64,000 nucleotides of DNA, from assembly GCA_965221035.1 (NCBI GenBank), contig OZ244860.1, positions 3,312,641 through 3,376,640 on the forward strand, in the 5' to 3' direction. The first letter of the stretch is position 1. Each line of letters starts with the position of its first letter. Of this stretch, positions 18,351 to 28,363 are shown piece by piece. Source of the stretch: Candidatus Rariloculaceae bacterium (GTDB lineage: Bacteria; Pseudomonadota; Gammaproteobacteria; Steroidobacterales; Rariloculaceae). A program made the position numbers and the translations under genes. The notes beneath the pieces are model-generated. The model saw nothing but the letters and a program-made list of their open reading frames with translations, was not told the origin of the DNA and did no database searches.

Positions 18351-18626
18351 ATGGAACTTGCCTTGCGCGAGGCAAAAGCGCGCCTCTCCGAACTGGTCGC
18401 GGCTGCCCGCGGTGGCGAACGCGTGATTATCACCAAATACGGTCGGCCGGCGGTAGAACTTGTCCGTTGCGACCGCCGCGCCGGGGTTGACTTCGACAAG
18501 CTTGAGGCCAGCCGTCGGTACCTTGGGATCGAGGATGCGCCGCCGGAAGAAGTTGAGGTAATGGAATCGGCCTTCCACGACTCTGCGCTCAGTCGTCGGG
18601 TACTTGGACTTGAGCCGGAGAAATAG
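18351..18626 (+). CDS. Phd/YefM-family type II antitoxin
   Basis: 91 aa. MELALREAKARLSELVAAARGGERVIITKYGRPAVELVR fits the Phd/YefM N-terminal pattern. Confidence 0.8.
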   Translation: MELALREAKARLSELVAAARGGERVIITKYGRPAVELVRCDRRAGVDFDKLEASRRYLGIEDAPPEEVEVMESAFHDSALSRRVLGLEPEK

Positions 18627-18637
18627 GTGGGAACCGC

Positions 18638-18833
18638 GTGCGCATACTTCTCGACACGACCTATCTATACAGGCTGATGGAGGCGCCTGGAACGCTGTCC
18701 AATGCCGAGCGTCGATTCTTCGCGGCGCGAAATGTTGCTCGTCCAGGCTCAGGAGGAAGGTCTCAAGTTGCTGACCGTCGATCAGCATCTTGTTGACCAC
18801 CCTTTGGCGGTCACGCCCGACGGGAGCGCTTAA
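18638..18833 (+). pseudogene. Eroded PIN-domain (VapC-like) toxin remnant
   Basis: A GTG 12 nt after the antitoxin stop opens VRILLDTTYLYRLMEAPGTLSNAERRFFAARN, which is PIN N-terminus-like (LLDT). The frame then dies at 18796. A different frame reads LLVQAQEEGLKLLTVDQHLVDHPLAVTPD up to the stop at 18831-18833, which is PIN C-terminus-like. The central about 60-70 aa of a normal PIN domain is missing. Confidence 0.55.
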
Positions 18834-18892
18834 AGGCCATAGCCAGTCAGAAAGTTCCTTGGGCGCGGGTCTGCGCGACAAGATTTCTGCGC

Positions 18893-20056
18893 TCAGAATG
18901 CGTTCACGCCGGTCAGTTCCTTGCCCACGACCAACTGGTGCACGGTCTCCGTGCCTTCATAGGTCATCACCGTTTCCAGGTTTAGCATGTGGCGCATGGG
19001 CGTGTACTCGACGCTGATCCCGCTACCGCCGAGCATATCGCGGCAGTCCCGCGCGATCTCCAACGCCGACCGGACGTTATGCCACTTGGCGAGCGAAACC
19101 TGCGCCGGCCGCAATCGGTCCGCGTCCTTCAGTTGAGCCAGTCTGAGCGCCAGCAACTGGGCCGTCGTGATCCGGCGCGCTATTTCCGCCAGGCGAATCT
19201 GGATCGACTGCGTGTGGGACAGCGGGCGGTCGAACAATACCCTGTCGTGGGCATAGGCAAGCACCTCCTGGAAGCAGGCCTGCGCGGCACCGATCACGCC
19301 CCAGCATATTCCGTATCGCGCCTGGGTCAGGCAGCTCAGGGGATACTGAAGTCCCACGGCGTCCGGAAGGACGTTTTCGGCAGGGACGCGAACGTTGTCG
19401 AAGAACAGCGCCGAGGTGACCGACGCCCGCATCGAGAACTTTCGCTCGATATCGGTTGCGTCGAACCCCCGCATTCCCGGTTCCACGAGGAATCCGCGAA
19501 TACCGTCGTCGGTCATCGCCCATACAAGCGCAACGTCGGCGACAGTTCCATTGGTGATCCACATCTTTGAGCCGTTGAGGATCCAGTCGTTGCCATCCCG
19601 CCTTGCGTGCGTTTTCATGTTGCCAGGGTCGGAGCCGCCGTGGGCTTCGGTCAGTCCGAAACACCCGAGCGCCTCGCCCCGCGCCATCGCGGGCAGCCAG
19701 CGTTCCTTCTGTAGATCGGAACCGTAGCGGTGGATCGGATACATGGTCAGCGAACTCTGTACGGAGATGAAGCTGCGCAGGCCGCTGTCGCCGCGTTCCA
19801 GCTCCTGGCAGATCAGGCCGTAACAGACGTTGTTCAAGCCGGCGCAACCATACCCGTGCAGCGTCGAGCCGAAAAATCCCAAGCTGGCCATCTCGGGGAT
19901 CAACTCGTTGGGAAATCGGTGTTCCTCAAAGCACTCCCTGATGATCGGAAGCACGTTGTCGGACACGAATCGAGCTACGGTGTCCTTGACCAACACCTCG
20001 TCGTCCGCCAGCAGCGATGCGACATCCAGCAGATCCGTGGAGTTCAATCCGGCCAC
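18893..20056 (-). CDS. gcdH: Glutaryl-CoA dehydrogenase (acyl-CoA dehydrogenase family)
   Basis: 387 aa. Close by-eye match to GCDH strings: LGCFGLTEAHGGSDPGNM, WITNGTVADV, GIRGFLVE, KFSMRASVTS, ARYGICWGVIGAA, DMLGGSGISVEY, and the C-terminus TYEGTETVHQLVVGKELTGVNAF. Confidence 0.85.
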   Translation of the reverse strand: MAGLNSTDLLDVASLLADDEVLVKDTVARFVSDNVLPIIRECFEEHRFPNELIPEMASLGFFGSTLHGYGCAGLNNVCYGLICQELERGDSGLRSFISVQSSLTMYPIHRYGSDLQKERWLPAMARGEALGCFGLTEAHGGSDPGNMKTHARRDGNDWILNGSKMWITNGTVADVALVWAMTDDGIRGFLVEPGMRGFDATDIERKFSMRASVTSALFFDNVRVPAENVLPDAVGLQYPLSCLTQARYGICWGVIGAAQACFQEVLAYAHDRVLFDRPLSHTQSIQIRLAEIARRITTAQLLALRLAQLKDADRLRPAQVSLAKWHNVRSALEIARDCRDMLGGSGISVEYTPMRHMLNLETVMTYEGTETVHQLVVGKELTGVNAF

Positions 20057-20140
20057 TACATTCTCCCATGCGGCCCACTGGCCAGCGCGGCAATACTACA
20101 AGCTGTCTGGGGTCTCTGTTTCCCGAACTCACCGCACGCA

Positions 20141-20986
20141 CTACAAGCCCAGCCAATTTCCAATCAAGGGCGCAACGTCTGTCGTGTCAGTATTGGCCAG
20201 CGTCGTTTCCACCGGCGCGCCTGCGTCGATCCACCACCGGATGATCTCGGTCTCGATGTCGGTCAGGGGCGTCTTGCCCTCGGCGGGCATGAACTCTTCG
20301 TGGTCGCGTGCCAGCGTGATGCGGTGGTATAGCTCGCTGGACCCGGCATCTCCAGGCGAGATCGCGGGTCCGGTCTCACCTCCCTCCAGCGTGGTCGCGT
20401 AGGTGGACAGATCGAGCATTCCGCGCCGGCGCTCGGAATTGTGGCAACTGGAGCAGCGGGCCCGGAGCATGGGCCGAACCACGTCCAGCCAGGGGTCGGC
20501 CGCAGCCAGTTCCGTCACCGGAGGTCGCCGAGGCTCAAGACCGGCCAGGGTTCGAATCGGCTGCGGCGCGTACTCTGCGAGGAATGCCGGGCCGTGTGTC
20601 AGGTTGCCGCCATAGTGACCGGCCACCACCAGCAGCGCGACCAGCAGGGTTGCGAGCGGGTACCGCGTCCTGGCATAGATCGACGTCAGCCATGACCGCA
20701 GCAGCCAGACGAGGGTCGTCAACACCGCGACACTTGTTCCGGCGACCATGTGAACCGTGGCGGAGGGACCGCCGAACCCCCCTTCAAGGTAATGCATATA
20801 GCCAAGCGCGACGGTCACGACGGCGGTCAGGGCGGCGGACGCCCAAAGAAAGTGACCCGCTGTTCCCCTGCGCCGCAGTGTGCGCCCGTGCCGCGTGATC
20901 TCGAGTGCGACAGCGGCAAGGATGATCCCGATGGGCAGGTGCAGCACCACTACATGAAAGCGGCCCAGGAAGAAAATCCAGTCCAT
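20141..20986 (-). CDS. Membrane protein (DUF2231-like TM domain) fused to a Planctomycete-type cytochrome c (PSCyt1-like) domain
   Basis: Start ATG 20986 gives MDWIFFLGRFHVVVLHLPIGIILAAVALE plus further TM helices. The C-terminal part has VVRPMLRARCSSCHNSERRRGMLDLS (CxxCH). The ORF-track extra 42 N-terminal aa are discounted. Confidence 0.65.
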   Translation of the reverse strand: MDWIFFLGRFHVVVLHLPIGIILAAVALEITRHGRTLRRRGTAGHFLWASAALTAVVTVALGYMHYLEGGFGGPSATVHMVAGTSVAVLTTLVWLLRSWLTSIYARTRYPLATLLVALLVVAGHYGGNLTHGPAFLAEYAPQPIRTLAGLEPRRPPVTELAAADPWLDVVRPMLRARCSSCHNSERRRGMLDLSTYATTLEGGETGPAISPGDAGSSELYHRITLARDHEEFMPAEGKTPLTDIETEIIRWWIDAGAPVETTLANTDTTDVAPLIGNWLGL

Positions 20987-21166
20987 ACTCTCTCTCCAGC
21001 GCCCGCAATCGGGACACTGATCTCGGCGGTCGCGCCGGTAGTGCAGCGATCCGGCAAACCAGCGGCGCTTCGCGTCGATCAAATCGCGCCATCGGCACGC
21101 ATACGTTAGCAAAAAATGCGGATAACCTATAATCGCGCCCTGATTGGGTACCGTTCGGTCACGTCG

Positions 21167-22987
21167 ATGGGAGTCTCTGGGATGGAAAGGGTTTTTGCGG
21201 GAGTTGACCGGTTGTTGGTTTGTGTGGCGGTCGCCGTCGCGGCGTCATGCGGCGGGGAGCCGACTCCGACGTCATCATTGAATCTGGCTGACATCGACGC
21301 TGTGGTCGAGCGTGGCGAAGACCTTTACTTCGGCGCCGGGGAGTGCTGGGACTGTCACGGCGCCAGCGGCGGGGGCACAGACACTGCGCCCCCCATCGAC
21401 CATGCCCCGAGCGCGTTCGACATCCATTACATGCTCAATACCAACCCGGAAATGGCCGAGGCCAATGAACGGATGCAGCCGTCGCGGGAGGACATCATCG
21501 CCATCGCGGCCTACACGCGAACATTCGCCGGCCTCGATATCACGGAGGAGGCCATGGGCGAACTTGAGGCGTCCATGGCCAGCGCCAGGGACTATGCGGA
21601 ATATGCCAGCACCGACGCGTTCGTGGTGACGGCGCGTGATCGGGCCGTGGAGGCAATTGAAAGCTTCGACACGGTGTTGGCCGATTGGGAGCGTCGATCC
21701 AGGGAAGGCAATATTCGCAGCGACTACACGATCCGCGTGGCGCGCACCTACGATCCTGGGGAGCCCAGGTTCGTGCCCGAGCCGGGCAGGGTGTACTTCT
21801 ACGAGAACACCGGCGCCGGGCAGCCGGGAGAACTCGGATTTCCCAACATGGGCCGGTACGATGCCGGCTCGGTGCAGATCGTCGTCGGCGATGCCGCCAC
21901 CAAGGAAATCATCGCCTATCACACGTTCCCGCCCGAATTCCGCGCCTCCGTGCACACAACCGCCGTCACGCCCGACGGCAGGTACGTCTATATCACGGGC
22001 CCGCGGCCTTCCTATGCGGACGCGCCGGACCGGCCCGTCGGAGGCCTGGACACGCCGGCGACGATCATCAAGGCGGACGCGCTGACCCTGCAGCCGGTGG
22101 AACAGCTGATCGTCGGCGGACGCATGCATCATGCGCAGATCTTTCAGGATCGGCTGATGCTGGTGGATACCTTCGCGCGGGACGAGGACGGTCTGGATGT
22201 CTTTCTTATGGACCCGGAAACCGACGAGGTCGTCGGCGGGGTTCGGGACGAGGACCTGGGCGGGGTGTCGTATACCTCGTTCACCGACAACGAATACATT
22301 TACATCCTGATGCAGCCGGCGGGTTACGGACCCACCTCGATTTCCGGCTATCTGGTGGCGGGCCGCTACAATCGGGGAGAATTCGCCGTGTTGCGGCCGT
22401 TCTGGGTGGCCAAGGTCGATCCCGAATCCTGGGAAGTCGTGCAGGAATACCCCTATCCGGGATTCCGGGCCAACTGGATCGTGATCGACTCCACCCGGGA
22501 GAACATGTACGTACCGGTGGGCGGCAACTCCTATCTGAACAAGATCGACCTGGTGACGGGAAACATCGTCTGGACGGCGCCGACGGGCACCGGGCCCTAC
22601 GGAGCCAGCCTGACCGCCGATGAATCGCAGATCTGGGTCGCCGACAAGGGCGAGACCACGGGCATGTTCGGCCGGACGATGACGGTCATCGACACCGAAC
22701 GGGGCAGGCAACTGGAGACCGTGTTTTCGGGCTACCAGGTCGATCACGTCGTGCTTTCGCCCAACGGCCGCGAGATGTGGGGCACGAGCAATTCGGACGG
22801 CAAGATCTATGTGTTCGACGTGGAGTCCCGGCAGCAGACCCATGTGATCGACATGCCCGGGTTCGGGGACGCGCACGGACTGGTGTTCGTCTGGTATGAC
22901 GACGAAGGCCGGCCCCACGTGGTCCGCGACCAGGGGGGCTTCCACGGCGGGATCAACCCGGCCTTGGGGAACGCCCTGGACTATTGA
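21167..22987 (+). CDS. Secreted cytochrome c - beta-propeller fusion protein, paralog 1 of 3 (function unknown)
   Basis: Lipoprotein-like N-terminus MERVFAGVDRLLVCVAVAVAASCGG (alternative start 21182). Haem motif CWDCHG. YVTN-like propeller strings include TPDGRYVYITG. The C-terminus VVRDQGGFHGGINPALGNALDY is shared with 32850..34346 and 54563..56461. Confidence 0.7.
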   Translation: MGVSGMERVFAGVDRLLVCVAVAVAASCGGEPTPTSSLNLADIDAVVERGEDLYFGAGECWDCHGASGGGTDTAPPIDHAPSAFDIHYMLNTNPEMAEANERMQPSREDIIAIAAYTRTFAGLDITEEAMGELEASMASARDYAEYASTDAFVVTARDRAVEAIESFDTVLADWERRSREGNIRSDYTIRVARTYDPGEPRFVPEPGRVYFYENTGAGQPGELGFPNMGRYDAGSVQIVVGDAATKEIIAYHTFPPEFRASVHTTAVTPDGRYVYITGPRPSYADAPDRPVGGLDTPATIIKADALTLQPVEQLIVGGRMHHAQIFQDRLMLVDTFARDEDGLDVFLMDPETDEVVGGVRDEDLGGVSYTSFTDNEYIYILMQPAGYGPTSISGYLVAGRYNRGEFAVLRPFWVAKVDPESWEVVQEYPYPGFRANWIVIDSTRENMYVPVGGNSYLNKIDLVTGNIVWTAPTGTGPYGASLTADESQIWVADKGETTGMFGRTMTVIDTERGRQLETVFSGYQVDHVVLSPNGREMWGTSNSDGKIYVFDVESRQQTHVIDMPGFGDAHGLVFVWYDDEGRPHVVRDQGGFHGGINPALGNALDY

Positions 22988-23066
22988 CGGGCGCGAAACG
23001 GAGCAGGTTCAGCGGAACGGTGCACGTTGCGCAGCGACCCGCGGAGAGACGAAGGAGAACTCATCG

Positions 23067-24107
23067 ATGATGGCCGCGTTACCTCGAACCGACAGCAGGC
23101 GGGCGGCGGCCTTCGCGCCCGGCCTCGCCATGGCGCTGCTCTGGGCGTTCGCACCGAATCATGCCGAGGCGCAACTGCAGCGCATCGCCATTGGCTCGAA
23201 TCCTGCCGGAACCAACTATTACGTGGTCGCCAGCGGCGTCGCCAAGCTGCTGCAGGACGAGACCGGCATTCCATCGACCGTGCGTCCCTTCTCCGGTTCT
23301 TCCGTCTACATGCCCATGCTGCAGCGCGGCGAAATCGCATTGGGCATCAACACCCAGATCGACAGTCTGGCGGCCTATACCGCGCTGGACCCGTATCCGG
23401 CATCCATGTCGAACTTGCGCCTGGTGGCGGCGATGATGCCGCTTCGCGACAACTTCATGGTGAGGGCCGACTCGGGAATGGCCACCGTGGAGGATCTGCG
23501 GGGTGCCCGGGTCGTGGTCACGATTCGCTCGAACGTGGCGCTCGATCGATGGCACCGGGCGCTGCTCGCGACCGGCGGCCTGGGTCCTGACGATGTTGAT
23601 ATCGTGAGCGTCGCCAGTCTGCCGGATGGTGTGCGCCTGCTCACGGAGGGGCGCGTCGACGCGGCCCCGATCGGGATCGCCACGGCGCTGGCGCGCCAGG
23701 CCGAAGCCACGATTCCCGGTGGAATCCGCTTTATCGGGGTTGGCCGCAATGAGGCGGCACTGCTCGACACGATGCCCGGGGCACATGTTGATGTCATGAC
23801 GCCCGACATGGCCGCGGTGGGAGTGCGTGAACCCACCCGGCTGGCGCGTTTCGCGACCTATCTCAATACCGGTGCCCACCTCGCCGAGGATGATGCCTAC
23901 CTGATCGCCGCCACCATTCACCGGCACTGGGAAACACTGCGGCGCGACTATGCTCTGCTCAGCGCAGTAGAGCCTGGCTCGCTGGCCCCTTCAGACAGCC
24001 CGCATCCATACCACCCGGGCGCCGCCAGATATTTCCGGGAGGCGGGTCTTTGGACCGAAGCCCATGAGCAGAACCAGGCGCGGGCACTGGGCGGCGCCGA
24101 TCGTTAG
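23067..24107 (+). CDS. TAXI-family TRAP transporter solute-binding protein
   Basis: ATG 23067 lies 9 nt after AAGGAG. Signal peptide ends WAFAPNHAEAQ. TAXI-like strings GSNPAGTNYYVVASGVAKLL and the C-terminal PYHPGAARYFREAGLW. Confidence 0.8.
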   Translation: MMAALPRTDSRRAAAFAPGLAMALLWAFAPNHAEAQLQRIAIGSNPAGTNYYVVASGVAKLLQDETGIPSTVRPFSGSSVYMPMLQRGEIALGINTQIDSLAAYTALDPYPASMSNLRLVAAMMPLRDNFMVRADSGMATVEDLRGARVVVTIRSNVALDRWHRALLATGGLGPDDVDIVSVASLPDGVRLLTEGRVDAAPIGIATALARQAEATIPGGIRFIGVGRNEAALLDTMPGAHVDVMTPDMAAVGVREPTRLARFATYLNTGAHLAEDDAYLIAATIHRHWETLRRDYALLSAVEPGSLAPSDSPHPYHPGAARYFREAGLWTEAHEQNQARALGGADR

Positions 24108-24188
24108 CCCCCAGTGGGGGACAATGGCGCGGGCCCGTCCCCGCCCGTTATCGGTCACGGTTAGTCGGACGCAGGCGGAGGGTTCGAC

Positions 24189-26075
24189 TTGGATCACTTT
24201 CTGAACCGGCTGGAACAGCTCTATCTCGGCGCGATCATCGTCATCGGCATCGCCTGGATCGTAGACTTCCCGCAGTACTTCGGCGTCTCGGTAATTTCCG
24301 CGGAGTGGATGGGGCCGCTGATGGCGCTGGGGATCGCGGCCGCGTACCTGCGCCATCCCTATGGGAGGCGGCCGGGTGTGCTCGAACTGCTGCTCGGGCT
24401 GGCGGCCATCGGCAGCTGGTGCTGGATGTCGCTGAATTACTCCGACTGGATCATCGACATCTTCGGCGCCACGCCGCAGAAATACATTCCGGGCATCGCG
24501 GCCATCGTGCTGCTCATGGAGGCGTTGCGCCGCGCCGCCGGACTGCCTATCGCCGTCCTCGTGTGGTGCCTCATCGCTTACGGATTTCTCGGCTACCTGT
24601 TGCCGCCGCCGTTCCAATCCGAACAGCTTCAAATGTCGAGGCTCATCATGTACCTGTACGCGGACACCAACGGCGTGCCCGGCCAGGTCCTGACGGTTGT
24701 CGCCCGGCTTGTTCTTGCGTTCGTCGTATTGGGCAAGCTGATGCAGGTAAGCGGAGCGACACGGTTCTTCACCAACCTGGCGATGTCGGCCATGGGGCAC
24801 CAGCGTGGCGGGCCGGCCAAGGTGGCGGTCGTGGCCTCCAGCATTTTCGGCTCCATCAACGGCACCTCCGTGGGCAATATCATGTCCACGGGGATCGTCA
24901 CGATTCCGCTGATGAAGCGTTCCGGATTCAAGCCCCATTACGCGGCCGCGATCGAAGCGGTCGCTTCCAACGGCGGCCAGTTCGCACCGCCGGTCATGGG
25001 TGCGACCGCGTTCCTGATCGCCGACTTCCTCCAGGTGAGCTATGCGAGCGTGGTGATCGCGGCCGCCGTTCCCGCACTGCTCTACTACGTCTGCCTGTTC
25101 GCCCAGGTCGACGCCATCGCGTTGCGCTTCGGATTGCACGGGCTTCCCAGGGATCAACTCCCTAGCGCCCGCGAGGAATTACGCCAGGGCTGGATTTTTC
25201 TCGCACCGCTGGCGTTGCTGCTCTACCTGCTGTTCTGGCGAGGGTTCAATCCGGGGGTCGCCGCGTTGTGGTCAGTGGTGGCGTTGCTCGGGCTTACGAT
25301 GCTTCGCGAACGTCGCCTTTTGAACAAGGAGGAATGGCTGGAACTCATCGTCGGCGGCGGCGCGAACATGTTGCCGCTGCTGATGATCGCGGGCGGCGCA
25401 GGCATCGTCATCGGCGTCATGAACATCACCGGGCTGGGGTTCTCGTTGTCGCTGGTGCTCACGCAGATCGGTCAGAATGCGGGCCTGCTGGCCATGCTGC
25501 TGATCACGGGAGGGATCTCCATCATCCTCGGCATGGGCATGCCCACCGCGGCCATCTACGTGGTTCTCTCCGTCATCCTCGCCCCGGCCATCGTCGAAAT
25601 GGGCGTTTCGCCGATGGGGGCACACCTGTTCATCTTCTACTTCGGGTTGCTGTCGTTCCTGACGCCCCCGGTGGCGATCGCCAGCGCGGTCGCTGCGGGA
25701 ATCGCGGAAAGCGAGGTCTGGCGAACATCCTGGATCGGCGTGCAGCTCGGCGCGGTCGCCTACCTGCTTCCGTTCCTGTGGAGCTACAACGACGCGTTGC
25801 TGCTGCAGGGTTCCCTCTTGGCCAATGTGTATGCGGTGGGCACGGCGCTGGTGGCGGCGATGCTGATCGCCAAGGCCTTGCAAACCATGGTGCTGGGGAC
25901 TCGTACCGGGCTCTTGGCGGGAATGCTGCTCCTTGCGGGCGGGATCGCCGTGGGTTCCGGTACGGTCTGGATGGGAGCGGATGCGCATGGCGCGCTCGCC
26001 CTGGCCGCAGCTGGAATCGCAGTCCTCGCCGGGATTCGCTTCGCGGGTTCGTGGGGTCGCGATACTGTTCCGTAG
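24189..26075 (+). CDS. TRAP transporter fused permease (TAXI-associated type)
   Basis: 628-aa polytopic membrane protein directly downstream of the TAXI binding protein. TTG start as given in the ORF track. Confidence 0.8.
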   Translation: MDHFLNRLEQLYLGAIIVIGIAWIVDFPQYFGVSVISAEWMGPLMALGIAAAYLRHPYGRRPGVLELLLGLAAIGSWCWMSLNYSDWIIDIFGATPQKYIPGIAAIVLLMEALRRAAGLPIAVLVWCLIAYGFLGYLLPPPFQSEQLQMSRLIMYLYADTNGVPGQVLTVVARLVLAFVVLGKLMQVSGATRFFTNLAMSAMGHQRGGPAKVAVVASSIFGSINGTSVGNIMSTGIVTIPLMKRSGFKPHYAAAIEAVASNGGQFAPPVMGATAFLIADFLQVSYASVVIAAAVPALLYYVCLFAQVDAIALRFGLHGLPRDQLPSAREELRQGWIFLAPLALLLYLLFWRGFNPGVAALWSVVALLGLTMLRERRLLNKEEWLELIVGGGANMLPLLMIAGGAGIVIGVMNITGLGFSLSLVLTQIGQNAGLLAMLLITGGISIILGMGMPTAAIYVVLSVILAPAIVEMGVSPMGAHLFIFYFGLLSFLTPPVAIASAVAAGIAESEVWRTSWIGVQLGAVAYLLPFLWSYNDALLLQGSLLANVYAVGTALVAAMLIAKALQTMVLGTRTGLLAGMLLLAGGIAVGSGTVWMGADAHGALALAAAGIAVLAGIRFAGSWGRDTVP

Positions 26076-26169
26076 GCGCCCGTGATCAACAGCCTGGTGT
26101 TTGCGTGATGCCCAAGCAACCAGTAAATGGGGTATATTCAGGCGCAAGCATTTGGTGATCGGCAACATC

Positions 26170-26409
26170 ATGGATACTCGACTTGTCATCGACGCAAAAT
26201 GGGATCCGGTCGCCAGAGTCTGGGTGGCCACAAGCGAGGATGTGCCAGGCGTCGTCGTCGAGGCAGATACCACGAACGAAGTCATGGACATACTGCGGGA
26301 TGTGGTAGTCGACCTTATGGAGGCCAACGGCCTCGCGCCAAAAAACGAAAAGGACATCATTGTACGTTTCGCCCAACGAGAGGAACCGTTGTCGCTCAAG
26401 GCCGCCTGA
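26170..26409 (+). CDS. DUF1902/HicB-N-like putative antitoxin
   Basis: ATG 26170. The 79-aa product MDTRLVIDAKWDPVARVWVATSEDVPGVVVEADTTNEVMDILRDVVVDLMEANG has the VWVA..D.PG...EA.T pattern I associate with DUF1902/HicB N-terminal domains. Its stop overlaps the hicA-like start (TGATG). Confidence 0.6.
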   Translation: MDTRLVIDAKWDPVARVWVATSEDVPGVVVEADTTNEVMDILRDVVVDLMEANGLAPKNEKDIIVRFAQREEPLSLKAA

Positions 26410-26609
26410 TGGCGGACTACGAACGTCAGGTCGTCTCGGCTCTGCGCGGAGCGGGTTGCCGGTTCGTGCGCCACGGAAAGGGTGACCACGACATCTGGTA
26501 TAGCCCGGTGAGCGGGAGAACGTTCGTCGTCAAGACGCGGCGTATGCGGTCGCGGCATACGGCCAACGAGACGCTGAAGCAGGCTGGTTTGCCCAAGCTG
26601 CCGCGTTGA
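26409..26609 (+). CDS. hicA: HicA/YcfA-family toxin (mRNA interferase-like)
   Basis: 66 aa: MADYERQVVSALRGAGCRFVRHGKGDHDIWYSPVSGRTFVVKTRRMRSRHTANETLKQAGLPK. This fits the HicA pattern (L...G...VR..GSHH.....G....V......L..GTL..IL+QAGL). Confidence 0.7.
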   Translation: MADYERQVVSALRGAGCRFVRHGKGDHDIWYSPVSGRTFVVKTRRMRSRHTANETLKQAGLPKLPR

Positions 26610-26673
26610 GAGTCACGACCGCGAATCCACCCGACGGTGCTATGATCTTGCGCTTCCCGGACAGGGCTGGAGT

Positions 26674-28224
26674 ATGGGATTGCTTCGATCGATCCTGAGT
26701 CGCCGTCGGCTCATGGGCAACTCCGCAAGTGTCGGCGCGGCGCTCACCATGCCGATGATCGCCGCGAACAAGGCGCGCGCGGTACTGCCGAGCGATCTGA
26801 CGTCGCTGTCGGCCTCGCAGCTTTCCTCCGCAATCCGGACCGGCCAGGTGAGCTGCGTGGAGACCATGCGGGCATACCTCGACCGCATCGACCGGTTCAA
26901 CCCGGTATACAACGCAGTCGTAAGCCGGCTCGATGACGACACGTGCCTTGCCGAAGCACGGCGCGCCGACGAAGAACTGTCCCGCGGCGAGTATCGCGGC
27001 TGGTTGCACGGCATGCCCCATGCGGTCAAGGACCTGGCCCATGCCCGGGGTCTGCCCACAAGTCTTGGCTCGCCGATTTTCGCGGGCACGATGCCCGAGT
27101 CGGACGACCTGCACATCGCACGCATTCGCGCCGCAGGCGCAATCTTCATCGGCAAGACCAACGTGCCCGAGTTCGGAATGGGTTCGCAGAGCTACAACAG
27201 CGTATTCGGCGTCACGCGCAACGCCTACGATCCGGCACTTGCGGCCGGTGGCAGCAGCGGTGGCGCGGCGGTCGGCATGGCGACACGGATGCTGCCGATC
27301 GCTGACGGCAGCGACATGATGGGCTCGCTCAGAAACCCTGCGGCGTTCAACAACGTGATCGGATTCAGGCCCAGCCAAGGCCGGGTGCCGCGAACCCCCG
27401 CTGACCTGTTCTACAACCAGCTTGCGACCAACGGGCCCATGGGCAGAAACGTCGAGGATACGATCCGCCTGCTCGATTCCATGGCCGGCTTCGACCCGCG
27501 GGCGCCGATGATGATGCGCGACGAATTTCCCGGATTCGACGCGTACCGCGTACGGGAGCTTGAGGGACTGCGTATCGGATGGATGGGTGATTACGATGGC
27601 TACCTGGCGATGGAGCCGGGGGTCCTCGATCTGTGCGAGCAGTCGCTCTCCGTCCTTGAATCCCACGGCGCGCGCTTGGAGAACATCCTCCCGGAATTCG
27701 ACCTGGACCGATTGTGGCAATGCTGGCTCACGCTCCGGCACTGGTCGCACGCCGGACGCCAGCCGATGCTGGAAGACGAGTCACTGCGCTCGCAGTTGAA
27801 GCCCGAGATGATCTTCGAGATCGAGGGCAGCCTTGATCTCTCGGCAGCCGATATTGCCACGGCGGCCGAGACGCGCGCCGATTGGTATCTCCTGTTGCAC
27901 GCTCTCCTGGAACGATTTGACATTCTTGCGCTGCCGAGCGCCCAGGTCTTCCCGTTCCCGGCTGAAGTTCACTGGCCACGCGAGATCGACGGCCGTTCCA
28001 TGGACACCTATCACCGCTGGATGGAGGTCGTCATCGGCGGGACGCTGGCCGGCGTCCCCGTGCTCAATGTGCCCGTCGGCTTCGATGCGCGCGGCCGGCC
28101 TATGGGCATGCAGTTGATCGGACCGATGGGCGCCGACCAGTCCGTGCTTGAGGTCGGGTTGGCTTACGAACTCGTGACCGATCACCTGGAGCGACGCCCG
28201 GACCCTGTCGGCGAGATCGTGTAA
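26674..28224 (+). CDS. Amidase (amidase-signature family), Tat-type signal
   Basis: Twin-arginine N-terminus SILSRRRLMGNSASVGAALTM. Amidase signature region GGSSGGAAVGMA with upstream GKTNVPEFG. Confidence 0.85.
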   Translation: MGLLRSILSRRRLMGNSASVGAALTMPMIAANKARAVLPSDLTSLSASQLSSAIRTGQVSCVETMRAYLDRIDRFNPVYNAVVSRLDDDTCLAEARRADEELSRGEYRGWLHGMPHAVKDLAHARGLPTSLGSPIFAGTMPESDDLHIARIRAAGAIFIGKTNVPEFGMGSQSYNSVFGVTRNAYDPALAAGGSSGGAAVGMATRMLPIADGSDMMGSLRNPAAFNNVIGFRPSQGRVPRTPADLFYNQLATNGPMGRNVEDTIRLLDSMAGFDPRAPMMMRDEFPGFDAYRVRELEGLRIGWMGDYDGYLAMEPGVLDLCEQSLSVLESHGARLENILPEFDLDRLWQCWLTLRHWSHAGRQPMLEDESLRSQLKPEMIFEIEGSLDLSAADIATAAETRADWYLLLHALLERFDILALPSAQVFPFPAEVHWPREIDGRSMDTYHRWMEVVIGGTLAGVPVLNVPVGFDARGRPMGMQLIGPMGADQSVLEVGLAYELVTDHLERRPDPVGEIV

Positions 28225-28363
28225 CGGTCTGCGAGTAATTACAACCGCTGCAGGAACTCTGCTGGCGTTTCAATGTTGTACCTGTCGCGCAAGGCGAGTA
28301 GGTCCCAATCTCCCGTTACAAGTACTTCCGCCTTCGCCGTGACCAATGCGGCGCGGACTACCT

